64,000 nucleotides of DNA. Source: Chlorokybus atmophyticus. Its lineage: Eukaryota; Plantae; Mesostigma and Chlorokybus algae. A model generated the notes under the pieces. The model had not been told where the DNA came from. It made no database searches and saw only the letters and a list, made by a program, of their open reading frames with translations. The translations under genes were made by a program, and so were the position numbers. The stretch lies in NCBI GenBank assembly GCA_009103225.1, contig RHPI01001010.1, forward strand, positions 62,001 to 126,000. The letters run 5' to 3'. Below are positions 38,689 to 50,314 of this stretch, in pieces (position 1 is the first letter of the stretch; each line of letters opens with the position of its first letter).

Positions 38689-40660
38689 TCATTGCGGGCT
38701 TGCAGCAAAGTACACGCCCTCGGTTGCAACCCAGTTTGTGTCCGCTGACTTTTTCCTCATACCGCAGACCTGCACAGAACCAGATGAGTGAAGTGTACAT
38801 CGCCATGACGCACGCACGCATGCGCGCAAGTTGAGACAGGCTGCAGCCGCGACGAAAATAACAACAAGCAAGGTAGCAACAATCCATGCAAACATGCTTG
38901 TTCGTGTACCTCCTGTTGGCCCGCAATGGGCCTCGGGTACTTCTTGTCATGGCTTCCGAGGTAAGCACTCTGCAAACACATAACATCTGAGATAAGCACT
39001 CTGCAGTCAGAAACAAATGAACAGAACAACAATAAGACTGCTGTGCACCAACGCGCCAGTATGATTGCATACCAGCGTTAGAAACAGTGGTTGTGGACCC
39101 CCCCCCCCCCACCCTAACCTAAGCTAGCGCATACAACAAGTTGTGCAATGGCTGGCCATGTGAGAGTATAGTTCAGCAACAACCGAGGAAGAACAAGGAG
39201 CAAGTGATGCTTGTGTGACTTACCATCTCAACATGCAGAAAGCGGACCTTCTGTCCCCTCTCCCAAACACCCTTCCCTTTGTCCAGCTCCAGCTTCCACA
39301 CATCCCCGGTGTCGGAGTTGTTGTCATCGCCAAACCCACTCACCTGCAAAAGAATAGAAGCCAAGTCAAGTCTTTGATGCACCTCAACATCAACAACAGT
39401 CCATCTGTTGGGGTTTCAATGCACCTCATATTGGTTGCTGATGGGAGAAGCGTGGCCATGGCTGTGAAGCCACCTTCGCGTATTTAAGTGCTGCAGTCTG
39501 ATGACAGTGCCGTGCTCGACCTTGTCACCCTGTATGACATGAACAGATAATTAAGTGCTTCAGACACATGATGCATACAGCCAGATTTGCAGAATTATCA
39601 CTTGAGACATTGTGATGATGATTGCACTTTTGTACCTGATTGCTGGTTATTCCGTTTGGAAGATGAACCACCTGCAAGATATGACATTCACACACTAGCG
39701 TCACCATGAGTGAACCAAGACACCAATGGCATGCGGCTGTGTGTGCGTGCGCATGTGCGCATGCGCGCGTGCATGTCATCACACAGCATGTGAATGCGAT
39801 CCCGTTTGATGTGTATTGTGATGTCGGTTCACTCAACACAATGCACATGCTGTGTTGGCTCACAACATGTGTTAAACCAACATATTGTGACGTTTTGTAC
39901 ACCAACTCGTGAATCAATCCATTTTACAACCAACCAACATGAAGCAAACGTGTGCTTGTGGCGCAAGGCCCAAAACATGCAACTGTGCAGCTCACCCAAT
40001 AGCTGTTGGTGTCATCACCGCCTGAGAACCCAGTCACCGACTGCTGGCCGCTCCCCGACCCGTAGCTGCGCAACCACACACAGTACACTTGAGCTCATGC
40101 TTGATCGTAGTGTTAAACTGTGATGCACAGGCAATCAGTAGCAATCGGGGATCCAAGAGTAGCAACTTTATACTTGACGAAACTCGTACTGTGCTTCACT
40201 CAGCATCGTACCAAATTCGGCATGCCGCACAAATGTGCTTATATAATAGAGCAATATCAATTGACAGCATGCACCTCATCGCCCGTGCGTGAATGCATGT
40301 GACAGCAGCCTTGTTTAACCTGCTTACTTGATTTCATGGGAATGCAGGCGGTAGCCCGTCTTGTCGTGCACAAACTTCACGACGCTGCCAATTGTGACCT
40401 GAAAACAGCAAAGAAGCGTCACGTTAGCCCTGAAGGCTAAGACTCACAGCAGAGAGCATCATAAGTTGCTAAACGACAAGGAAGCTTAGAAAACGCAACA
40501 ATGCAATGCACAGGAGCACACAGTGAGCGGCAGCTTCCAGAAGCCTGTAACCGTCTCTCAGACACGCTCGCTCTGCACTCACCTCCTTGCCCTCGCCCTT
40601 CGCTGTCGCCGAGGCGACCAGCAGGAGGGACAAGATAGACAGCAGCAACCACGACGCCAT
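38689..40660 (-). CDS. SDF2: Stromal cell-derived factor 2-like ER protein (signal peptide plus three MIR domains), 8 exons
   Basis: Signal peptide MASWLLLSILSLLLVASATA, then VTIGSVVKFVH...RLHSHEI.YGSGSGQQSVTG...DDTNSYW, IRLQHLNTRRWLHSH..SPISNQYEVSGFG...DTGDVW, YL.SHDKKYPRPIAGQQEVCG and WVATEGVYF. Confidence 0.96.
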
Positions 40661-40834
40661 CTCCGCCGCCACCGCCGCCGCTGCTATGGCCACCTAGTCT
40701 GGCCTAGCAAGCCAACTGTAATGCAAGGCATAACGCGGTTACGGACTAAAGTGCCGCTCCAGCCGTATCTCAAATACGGACCAAAGTCACGAAGTACTCT
40801 AAACTACGGACCACAAACTTGAACTGTTGGCCTG

Positions 40835-41530
40835 ATGGAGGCGGCGGAGAAGGATGAGGAGAAGGAGAAGGAGAAGGAGAAGGAGAAGGAGAAGGAGAGT
40901 AAGGTGAAGGAGAATGCCGGTGAGCATGCGAAGGTGACGGAGGTGCTGCGCAAGTTGCGGGCGGCTGTGCAGGCGGTGGACTCCATGCTCGTGGCCATGC
41001 ATGAGGTATGCCGTTTGCGCCTGTGTGAAGCATGACGCAAGCAGGTAAGGCAAGCTGCGCGCGACACAAGCGTTGTACATCAAGCATACAGTGATGCAGT
41101 CTTCAGGGTATGCATCGCATGCCGTCAAGCAATGCATCAGGTATTGCGCAATCGCTTGACGGCATGCATTGCACAAACCAGTGTTTGCACGCTTGGTACA
41201 CACAAGTGCGTGTTTGTGAAGCGTGACGCGTGCATCATCAGCGGTGCCACCCGCAAGGCACGACTTTCTCGCGCATGCTTCATGCATAACAGCATCCCTG
41301 CCTCAGAAGCACTCATGCTGGTCTGATGGCTTGCATTGATAGCAAACATTTCATGCTTGCTGATTACGCTCGTGCTCGTGCACAGAGACAAAATGCGTCC
41401 GTTTGTAAACACGACACTTGCATTATTTTTCATTCTTTGTCAGGATCTGCTGGTGGCTGCGGACAACCTGGACGCAGTGGCCGCAGCCAACGACGACTGG
41501 CGCAGCTTTGTTCATGCCAAGAGGCTGTAG
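40835..41530 (+). CDS. Small 85-aa helical protein resembling DASH/Dam1 complex subunit Dad2, 2 exons (40835-41005, 41444-41530)
   Basis: The spliced ORF is MEAAEKDEEKEKEKEKEKEKESKVKENAGEHAKVTEVLRKLRAAVQAVDSMLVAMHE/DLLVAADNLDAVAAANDDWRSFVHAKRL*, with a canonical phase-0 intron. The core aligns without gaps to Dad2 as recalled (S. pombe KLETLTDGSEAVATVLNNWPSIF; S. cerevisiae EMGMNADSVAQLMNNWDSII). The gene is fairly secure; the family call is less so. Confidence 0.6.
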
Positions 41531-42637
41531 CAAAGAGGAGCCAGCCAGCCAGCCAGCCAACCAAAGCAGCACACAAACACAGCCACATACACACACAGAC
41601 ACACCTATGCATGCAGGTGACCAACACGAATGGTATGCGTTTGTGTTCCATCTATGTAGTCTGATAGTACAACAGGTTGCAAGCTGATGCTGCGCTACAC
41701 TGATTACTTTACATTTCTGTTGGCGGCAAGGTAGTTGTATGGTGAGTGTTGCATGGTGCATGTTAAGCGATTGTTAGTTGCTCGTGGGGGTGTTGTGGGG
41801 GCTGCGTATGCAATGCTCTCTCTCTCTCTCTCTCTCTCGTATGCAGTTGCGCACACGCCCATGGTCAATGTGTCACGTTATACTCACAACTTTGTTCTCT
41901 GCTGCGGGTGGCATATGCAAGCGGGCTGCAACGGAGGTGATCAGCTCTTACAGCACCAACTCTCCTTACAGTTGCATCTAACTCTATACAGCTGTGGCCC
42001 ACAGCAATATCTGACACCATTGCAAAGTAAAGCAAGGCACTCTGCAGTAGACTCTCTGCAGTGGTGGTAAATGTGTCCAACCACTGCCAGCTACATTCGC
42101 ACCATGCATCATGCAAGCAGTAGTTATGGTCTAATCGCTAGAGTCCATTGTGTTTCACATAAAAGCTGTGGTCAGCAAGTCACAACCAGCAGCAAACAAA
42201 TAGTAGCACCAATTGTCACAAAGAGAATGAAGAGAACAAAGCAACAAAATGGCCCTGCTTATACTCACCAATTGGAGAGAAAAGAAAGCAACACTGTCAG
42301 AAAGGGGTCAGAAATGAAGACAAGGACACGCAGCAGCAAGAGGAGTTCCACGTTGACGCTGTGGCGGCGGCGGTGGCGGCGGCGGCGGTGGCCTAACAGC
42401 GCGGAGAGGAGCACGATAGCGACGTCGTCGACGACGACGCCAAGTAGCAAGCTGAAGGCTCTGCAGTGACGACCGCTCGGTGGGCCACGACAACAAGCCC
42501 CTGGCCGGCTGAGCTCTCTAGCAAGGAAGCTCTGGTTGCCGCTGCCGTTGAGGTGGAGGTGGAGGTGGAGGTGGAGGTGGTGGTCGTCTTTTTCCATCTA
42601 CGTACAGGCCAGCCTTGTGAGGGCCGTCAGTGCCGGC

Positions 42638-44321
42638 ATGGCTGAGCACGAGGCGAAGGAGCAGCAGCAGGAGGAGCAGCAGGAGGAGAAGGAGCAGCTG
42701 ACTGGGGCTTCTTCGCAAGCAGAGGCGAAGGAGGCGGCGTTCGTGCATGCGCTGGACGCCGTGGAGGAATTGCTGGACGCCCGCCGCAGACTGCAGGACC
42801 AGCTGGCTTTGGTGCGTGTATGTGTGTCTCAAAGCCACAACACGATAGTGAAGTGCAACCAACGTGCAGCAGCCAAGCAGCCAACAATGCAACAGCTTTG
42901 CGTGCTCGGCCAGAGTTACGCAGGAGTGTATGCACAACACACATGCATTGAGCTTGCAATTGAAGCGGATGACGAACAACTCTAGCAGCATCGTGTTGAG
43001 GGTTACCGTTAGGAGTTTGGTTTATTGTGATGTTAATTGGCAAACACTCTCAACAACTGTGCAATGTGCTTCCGGGAAGAGTTGTCTTGAGTTTGAGTAT
43101 AAGTTTTTTGGTTCATGTTGTTGTGTTTGCTGTGTGTGTCCCTGCATGGTGGGCGTAATGCTATACCATGTAACCTTTGCTGTGTGTATCTGATGTGGTG
43201 TGGTTGTGCATTCAGGGTTTCATGAGCCTCGCGCGGGCGCGTTATTCCCTCGGCGCGGGCAGCCTCTCTCAGGAAAACTACGACTACGCCTCCATGGCCG
43301 CCACCACTGCCACCATCCGCGTTTCCGGTGCGTGTGTTGTACAATTGACAACATGCGCTTGTGTGTGTGCCTGTTCGGGTTTGGTACGCTACTTGCTTGT
43401 ATTGTGCATGTTAGACGTGTGCGTACATGGCTTAGTGTAGCTGCTAACATTACAACAATTGAGCTTCTGCCGCTACTATGTGCACAAGCACATACTTAAC
43501 ATGTCTCTCTGGCCGCCACAGGTGGCACAGGATCTTCATCAGCAGGGGTTCATGAACACGAGCATGCACAGTCTCCTTCTTCGCCGGTCTTCAGCGTGTC
43601 TTCAAGGAGAGAAAATGCTGCTGACAGCGACAGTGAGGGCTATGAACTTGATGAAGTTGCAGTGCAATCAGCCTTTGGGCTGCGCAGGAGAGCCAACGTT
43701 GCCGGTAGGTGTGAGAAGATGTCTTATGCAACAGCACGGATTGTTAATATTATGCAGTGACTTAAGCGAAGGCAGCTTTGGGAGAAGACATGCACACACA
43801 CATATGCACATGCTCACGCAATCACTCATTCAGTCATCACTTAGCTGTCAATTATCAGGTGCATCAGACAGGGCGAGTTCGTCCGACTTGAGTGATTGGG
43901 AGAAGGTGGACTTACCTCAAGAGAAGAAAATATTGGAGGATGTGAAAGATGTTGATGGCAGGCCGGCAGTGCCGCCCATACGCTGGTTTGGGGTGCTGGT
44001 GCCACCCGCCATGCGTGAAGCGCAGCAGCAGTTCATCAAAGGTAAGGACTCTCTGGCATGTTACCTTGCCACACGCGTGCGCGTGCACACATGTGCGTGT
44101 GCGCACTCATGAGTATGCACGTGCAGTGCCTTCCACGGCACATGCGTAGTTACCGAACAAGTTGATGACATTGTCTCCTCGCTCTCCAACATTGGTTACG
44201 TGTTGCAGCATTGGAGCTTGTTGCTGAGGCCGCCACTGCTGCGGCCCGGTATCAGACCAGCAGCGGGTTGTATGAGGAGTTATGCGGAGAAGACGGGGAG
44301 CGGCTACCAAGTGCTAGTTAG
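42638..44321 (+). CDS. CCDC115: V-ATPase assembly factor CCDC115/Vma22, 5 exons
   Basis: LDAVEELLDARRRLQDQLAL/GFMSLARARYSLG...Y (family GWLSLAKARY.MG), PIRWFGVLVPPAMREAQQQF (family PL.WFG.LVP.SLR.AQ..F), and a last exon ALELVAEAA. Confidence 0.88.
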
Positions 44322-45410
44322 TGTTTGGGGATGATGGTGGACCTGGTAGGTACTATCTGCTGTACAGTTGGCTGTTAAGGCCAGTCACGGTGTCAAAGCA
44401 CAGAAAAGAACTGAGTTTTACCCTGTTTTGCGCACAGGATCTGCCCTTTTACACCTTAGGTGCGGCATGTCATCATCTTGCATTCATACCAGCAGAGCTA
44501 CCAGAATTCGTTGTTGCTCACAGCAAGCAAAACTGCTAAAATTGTCAGATGGACATTACGGCGCACACTACAGCATCTGCATACATGCTACCAACTAGTA
44601 TGCTACCAACTGGTATCAACTTTCTTCTCTTGAGTTACTGTTCTGCATAGACCACCCACTTCTACTAGTGTCACATCGCAGAAACAAAAACAAAAACACC
44701 GCGCGTACAGAATGAATCTCACAGTCAATACCTGTGCAGCGCGACAAGCGCGCTGATGTTACCACCATCAATTTTCTCAACAATATCCTGCTTGTCGAAC
44801 ACGCAGTATCCTTCCGCATAACTACAAGGACCTTCTGCAAGTAATTCTGTGCGCAGTATTTATTTGGACAGTATCCCACTGCCTTCACCATGGCTTAAGT
44901 ACTGCGTAGGCTCATCACTGACACGACCACAGTCTCCTTCTCATTTGCAACTGACTCCAGATGATCAAGCAACCCTTGTGGCACTTGCAGAGGTTGTGCT
45001 TAAGAGTTAGACATGGACCTTTGCGAGAACAGCGGGAGAAGGTCGATTGGGCTTTCTGACTGGGAGCCTGCCAATCCACATCGCTGCATGTGAGGTCAAC
45101 TCACTGCAAGCTTGAACGGACTTCAACGCACGAGTTACAGTGACTGCATCGCAACCATCAGGTATACCTGTTATTGTGCAAGGTGTTGAGGACTCCAACT
45201 GGCGTTATTGAATGGTGGTGGCCATCAGCACGCCACGGACGCTCTTGTGGCTGCCAACATCATACTCAGAACCAAGTAAAAGTGAGCAACGACAAACGAT
45301 GTCAGCAGATCAGTCCACACTTACCAAATGCCGTCATGCATTGTTGATGTTTCTGTAAGATGTGGACGCAACAACGGCCGACAGCGCTCATATTGCTTAC
45401 GCAATGCTGC

Positions 45411-48400
45411 TTACGCAAGTCCCCAGAGCTCCACATGCCTTATCTCAAAGTCCTCAGCACTGCCAAGACACGACATTGCTCAGCACCCAGCATAGATTCA
45501 TGCAACAGTGACGGTATGTGCTAGCCAACCAACACACTGCACTTAGCAAGTAGGTGTACAATGACAAACACAAGGAACCAGCACAGAGTTACACACGCTG
45601 CTGCACCTGGCAAGGCAGCTATTATTGAAGGTCTCACACGGCCCGCTGCTGCCCCAAAGCAAGTCATCATCGAGGCGCAGGCTGTAGCGCCCGCCGCCGC
45701 CCATGGCGAGTGCATCAGCAGTAGAAAACTGAAAAAGGCCATTATCCCTGCATGACACGACAGTTTGATGGATGATGTGAAATTGCATGTATGTGATAGT
45801 GGTTAGCACAGGGCAAACTTGTACCACACACATCCACATGCACACCTGCTCCATGGGAAAGCTTCAGGGAAAGGCCGCAGGCGGAACACAAAGCACTCTC
45901 CGGTGCCGAAGTAGCGCGGGTATACACGCCACGGGTCTGTCGCATAGCAACCAAACACGTGCTCGGCCATGTCTTGCACCGCTAGCACTGTTGGACTGCA
46001 GTTCTGAGCAAATCTGTACAATGTCTGCAAACTGAGGTACGCATGCACACAGACAAGGTGAGGGGAGATGTCAAACCGGGCAATAGCAACAACAACAACA
46101 CAACGCAAAAGACCAAAATCAACAAATATATTACTAGCAGCAGCTACCACCACCACCACCACCACCACCACTACCACCACCACCACAATAGTAGCAGCAA
46201 CAACCACCACGACAAAAAGCTCTCAATTGCAAGGCTCGCACCTAATTCCATCTCTGGCAGTGCTGTACAGCAGCTCCCAGGTGGCCAGGCGGAACCGAGG
46301 GGGCAGGACACCGGCCAGTGCGCTGACGTCATCAACGGTTAGAAACTTCGATGCGTGCTTCATGACAGGCGCGTAAGAACTCTTCAGCAACGGCACGCCC
46401 AGCGGGATATCCTCCTGCGCTTCCTCTTGCTGCCGAAACACAAAACTCAAAGACTTGCAGATGCAGGCGTACTGGCATGTATCAGTCAAGGATGATAGGA
46501 TGTCCGCACCACTGAAAGTGTATACAAGCTGACGAGACAAGAACACACATGTGCGCATGCATGCGCGATGTACCTCAGCCTCGGGTCCAGTGTCAGCAGC
46601 TTGTGCACCAGTCTTAGGCGTGATTGTCATGGAGGACGTCCTTGAAGGTGCTCTGGACGGCGCTTTGGAAGCCGCGGCATTCCAGCGGTTAACGCACTCG
46701 CGTACGCACCGGAACCTATCCGTGAAGGTGACATTTGCTGCATGTCTGACACAAGCAAAACACATCCACATCCACATGTGTATGTGGATACGAGTACACA
46801 TACCCAGCGCCATTGGCTTCGAACTGCAGGCGCCTGAGAGGCCCCCCACCTCCGCCTTCTTTCCACAGCAGTTCCCATGCGCCTGCATTGGCTGAGGAGG
46901 GTGTCATTGGTGTAGACTGCATCAAGAAGAAACAACACACAGACACGTCAGTCACAATCAGTACATGAACACATACAACAAGAGAAAGTACCAACGTCAC
47001 CTCCGAGTCTGCCATGATGGCACCAGCACCATTCTCCACAGCCTCCTGCCAACTCCGCTTTAGCTCCTTCTCTAAACCCTCAGTCGCCTTTGTAGCCTCT
47101 GCAGGACCTGACAAGAAGCGCAATGAGCACAAAACCCAACTTCATAGCCATTGGTTACATAGTACTAGTACTACTCTGCGTGCTGGGACGGGTGCACGTA
47201 CGCACATGTGCACACACAAGCACACGTGTGCACATGCGTGCGTACACGTGCATAAGGGCATGTGCAAGCGCGCTCATGATGTGTATGTGCATTGATAAGC
47301 GTGTTAATGCTAGCATTTGAGTGTTTAGTCTTCGTAAGTCAAGCCATGGCAAGCGTCAAGTGACTGCAGCCACCTGCTGTTGTTGGGCTTTCCTGATCCT
47401 CCGGTTTCTTCTCTCCTGCACTGGTCATCGACGCTGACAGCCACAACGAGGGGAGGCGGAAGGACGGCCGGCGCGGCTTGTCCGCCGGCGGGGAGAGCGT
47501 GCCGCTGTTGCCGCCGCTGCTGGTGGTGATGACAATGGGCGTGGGCGGGTTGGACGGCGGCTGGTTCAGAGCACGCATGCCAACAAACTCCGCCGCCTGC
47601 ACGCGGGCACGCAACTCACCAAAAAGGATGCCATCCGGAGTTGTGGCCACCACTGCCGGCACCTGTTGTTGCAGTGCAAGCGTCATGTGCCTTTCTCCAT
47701 TGCTAGTTTGGCGTCAGCTAACAAACGGAACAGACAACCTTGCTTGTCTACGTACAGACTGTGATGTAGTTGAGTACATGCTGTCATACGTGTTACTTAC
47801 AGGCTGTGTATACTGATGTTGTGTGTGTTGCGTCGAGCAGCACTGAGCCTTTAGTATGAGTCGAAGCACTCAGGTAAGTCAAGCATGCAATCAAGCGAGC
47901 AGGCGTAGGCGTAATTAACAGAGAAGAAGCAGCATTCACAAGCAAGGAAGACAACAGCGTGCATTGATTGCATGCGAGCATGCTCACGTTCCACATTTCT
48001 CAGTTAAGCACACACGTCTGGCAATGTGTATCTGCATGCCTATTGCTGACTTGACACGGCCAATGCTGTGCACATGCACGTGCAAGCATGCACAGCTTGA
48101 CTGTTGATGCTTCAATCAAGAAGAGATGTTAGACACACCGCAGTGCACGCCAGAAATGCACAGCTTGACATGCAGATTGGTGACCTAGCATGCTGTGCAA
48201 TACCAGTACTCACAACAGGCCAAAACCAAGTGTGACCACCCAGCTTGCAAGACACACGAGTCCCTATGAAAATGACCTCGGGAAGCACTTTGCCAGTAAT
48301 GGATGCATGGAGTTTCGACTATTCGTGTGTTAACAATCAGCAACACACGCCACCTGTCTCAAATATATACACGATGGAAACAGCAGCACGCACCTTTGAA

Positions 48401-48660
48401 CCATCAGCCGCAATAAGGTAAAAGGCGGCGGCAGCGGGGGTGGCAAGGCGACGCAGAGCCTCGGCTCGGTTCTGCGCAGCATGCAGGGCGCTCTCAAGCT
48501 CCTCACAGCGGGCCTTGAGGTCCTTCAGCTCCCTCTCCTTGTCCGCCAGCGCCGAGGCGGGGACCATTGCTCCCCCTGCTCCCCCTGACGACGCCCTGCG
48601 CCCGGAGGAGGGCATCTTGCCGCAACTCAGACACCCCACGCAAGCAGAGCCCTGACCCAT
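45411..48660 (-). CDS. TLDc-domain (OXR1/NCOA7-like) protein with an N-terminal coiled coil and a probable PH/GRAM-like module
   Basis: C-terminal TLDc: LPPRFRLATWELLYSTARDGISLQTLY, VFGCYATDPW..YPRYFGTGECFVF, LAMGGGGRYSLRLDDDLLWGSSGPCETFNNSCLA, EDFEIRHVELWG. Upstream exons give KERELKDLKARCEELESAL and AWELLWKE...LRRLQFEAN. Confidence 0.85.
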
Positions 48661-50314
48661 GCGCCGCCTCGGCCGCCGCCTCCGCCTCGTCCACCGCCTC
48701 CTCCACGGCAGTGATAGTGTCAACGGCCGCTTTTGGTGGCCAGCTGTGTTCACGCTGTTCATTGATTCTGAATTGGGCTCTAGCTACGATTCAGTGATCC
48801 GACTGAACACAACATGCACAATGCGAGCTAAGTTGTGCATGCGTTATGGTCCATAACTTATGGACCATTGGGCCAAAGCAAGGTTGCATTTTCTTGCTAG
48901 ATATTACCTTTACGTAATCTTCTCGTTGAGAGTACACATGATAAACTTATTTACGGAAGTAATAAGTAGTTGATAATAACGCAATGATACACGATTTTTT
49001 TTAAATAATATTATGTATTAGTGTTAATACCTGATGATTCCATCGGAGTGTGTAATTGAGAGGTGAGTACCGTTGGATATTTAAGAATGTGAAAGCTTGG
49101 TTGCAGCTTCGGAGAGTAAGCAAGTGGTAACCACGGTTGCCAAGTGTAATGACATGAGCTAGTGTATACCATAATTTTGCTAGCGAAGTCCCNNNNNNNN
49201 NNNNNNNNNNNNNNNNNNNNNNNNNNNNNNNNNNNNNNNNNNNNNNNNNNNNNNNNNNNNNNNNNNNNNNNNNNNNNNNNNNNNNNNNNNNNNNNNNNNN
49301 NNNNNCCGCCCCCTTGCGCGCCTTCCTAGATGTACGTAGCGGTGATTGATTGAGCAATAAAATTCGATTGAGTTTTAAGCCCTTTCTTACATCGTTGCAA
49401 AAGGAGGTTTATGCATACATATAACGCGAATCATTCACGTCGGACTTCAGTGTGTGACATGTCATATACCACACACGTATGCTACACTTGTCTGCTTAGA
49501 GTATCAACCTTGACCAATTAACTTGGTGGTGTACCTCTTTTGTTACAGACATGAAGCAAATGGGTGCAACAAGCATGACATCAATGCACCATTTCAAATA
49601 TTTACACAATGCTCGCCAGTTGCAAGTGATTGACATGTTTCATAAGCAACATGCAATCATATAACAATGAAGTTTGATGCACGCACACGATAAACATGTG
49701 ATATACACACCACATGTGAACTCACATTTACTACGTGATGTGTCCATGTTTGACATCACAAATACATTCAGTTGTTGACTACCGTAATCGCCTTGCAAGG
49801 TGAATGACCTCAACATCAGGCTGCCATGTCATTAGCATAGGCATGTGCACAGCAGCCAGCAGCCCATCCGGCACGTTCACACACCTCACTTTCAAACCTC
49901 GATAACAGCAAAAAACGCTCGTTTCATGAGCCACAGCACCACTCGCCGGCAACGCACGGTGCGGCGAGGCGTTGTGCCGCACAGTCGGGCAACGTGCGTG
50001 GTAGAGGACATCAGCAAGGCTGTGTGGCGCACGCGGGCGGCGGCGGTGACGGCGGCGGCGTTGAGCTGGACAGCTTGGGGAGCATTTGTGTCGTGTTGGA
50101 CGCCCTGCTTGAGTCTCTCGTTGCTTGACTTGCTTGAGTGATTGCTTCATGTGGCTTTGAGGGCAGCTGAGGTGCTGGGGAAGGCCAGTTGGAGGGTGTA
50201 TTATGGGAGGGCAGGCTGCTGCTTGGTTAAGCGGAAGGATGGGCAGGTGGTAGTTGGGGCAGACTGCTTTTGCGGTTGCAGCTGCTGCTGCCGTGCTGCT
50301 AGTCTGGTTTTAGC

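Noticed and set aside
41900-42000. Cys-rich frame with an in-frame TGA (CNCKESWCCKS*SPP), considered as a selenoprotein
   Set aside because: No recognisable selenoprotein family or redox motif, no identifiable SECIS, and no supported start.
44780-44815. atatcctg / gtatcctt words resembling U12-type 5' splice sites
   Set aside because: They are not at an exon boundary of any gene model and do not fully match RTATCCTTT.
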